This document shows, one piece after another, positions 62,995-64,000 of a stretch of 64,000 nucleotides of DNA. The notes beneath the pieces were generated by a model. The model made no database searches. It had not been told where the DNA came from and saw only the letters and a program-made list of their open reading frames with translations. Position numbers and translations under genes: made by a program. This stretch comes from Octopus sinensis (Eukaryota). The stretch lies in contig NC_043024.1 in the NCBI RefSeq assembly GCF_006345805.1, positions 62,001 through 126,000 on the forward strand, given 5' to 3'. The first letter of the stretch is position 1. Each line of letters begins with the position of its first letter.

Positions 62995-64000
62995 AAATTT
63001 TGGCACAAGGCCAGCAAGTTCCGGTGAGGGGGTAAGTCGATTACGTCGGCCCCCCGAGTTTGACTGGTACTTATTTTATCGACCCCGAAAAGATGAAAAG
63101 CAAAGTCGGTCTGAGCGTAACTTGAACTCAGAACGTAAAGAGGCGGAAGAAATAGCTATTTCTTTACTACCCACAAGGGGCTAAACGCAGAGGGGACAAA
63201 CAAGGACAGACAAACGGATTAAGTCGATTATATCGACCCCAGTGCGTAACTGGTACTTATTTAATCGACCCCGAAAGGATGAAAGGCAAAGTCGGTCTGA
63301 GCACAATTTGAACTCAGAGCGTGAAGAGGCGGCAGAAATACCTATTTCTTTACTACCCACAAGGGGCTACACACAGAGGGGACAAACAAGGACAGACAAA
63401 CGGATTAAGTCGATTACATCGACTCCAGTGCATAACTGGTACTTATTTAATCGACCCCGAAAGGATGAAAGGCAAAGTCGACCTCGGCGGAATTTGAACT
63501 CAGACCGTAGCGGTAGACGAAATACTGCTAAGCCTTTCGCCCGGCGTGCTAACTATTCTGCCACCTCACCGCCTTTTAAGAAATATCACCAAGCACTTTT
63601 TCTAGTGCGCTAACGATTCTGCTGGCTCACTACCTTAATAATAATAATTTCAAATGTTGACACATGGCCCACAATTTTGGAGGAGGAGCTAAGTTGATTA
63701 ACCCGACTTCAGTGCTTAATTGCTGTTTATTTTAGGATGAAAAGCAAAGTTGAACTCGTCAGCGTTTGAACTCAAAACGTAAAGACAGACGAAATGCTGT
63801 TCAGCATTCTGCCCGGCGCGGTAACAAATCTGCCAGCTCACAGCCTTCAATAATAATAATAAGAGTTTCAAATACCGGTACAGGGCCGGTAATTTAGAGG
63901 GAGGGGCTAAATTGATTACATCGATCCCAATTCTCAATTGGTACTTATTTAATCGACTCCCAAAAGATGAAAGGCAAAAATCGATCTCAGCGGAATTTGA
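62995..64000 (-). mobile_element. Tandem array of at least five Meta-like SINE units (tails A and B)
   Basis: Units at about 63002-63156, 63157-63342, 63343-63576, 63650-63850 and 63865-64000. Confidence 0.88.

Overview
Eukaryotic, repeat-saturated, AT-rich DNA with one 100-N scaffold gap. The SINE families and microsatellite load point to a cephalopod, most likely Octopus (recognised from memory, not by database search). No host protein-coding gene can be supported, and nearly all ORFs in the track are microsatellite translations. Transposons present: a full-length R4/Dong non-LTR element between (TAA)n arrays plus three further Dong fragments, L1/Tx1, CR1 and RTE LINE fragments, a CsRn1-type Gypsy fragment, two Tc1 and two mariner remnants, a MITE and many tRNA-derived SINEs. 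The most notable signal is not in the ORF track. At least eight short elements carry type I hammerhead ribozyme (HHR) motifs and nearly all run out into (TA)n. Five are fold-back palindromes and one is a 560-bp direct tandem with an HHR in each copy. Their catalytic 3:8 base pair occurs as C-G, U-A and G-C. A decayed Penelope-like GIY-YIG endonuclease lies between two of them. A second signal is a SINE subfamily that shares its 3' tail with the L1/Tx1 LINE and repeatedly joins to one site inside its own tRNA head, building tandem arrays. All folds and alignments were done by eye, most boundaries are approximate, and novelty could not be checked.
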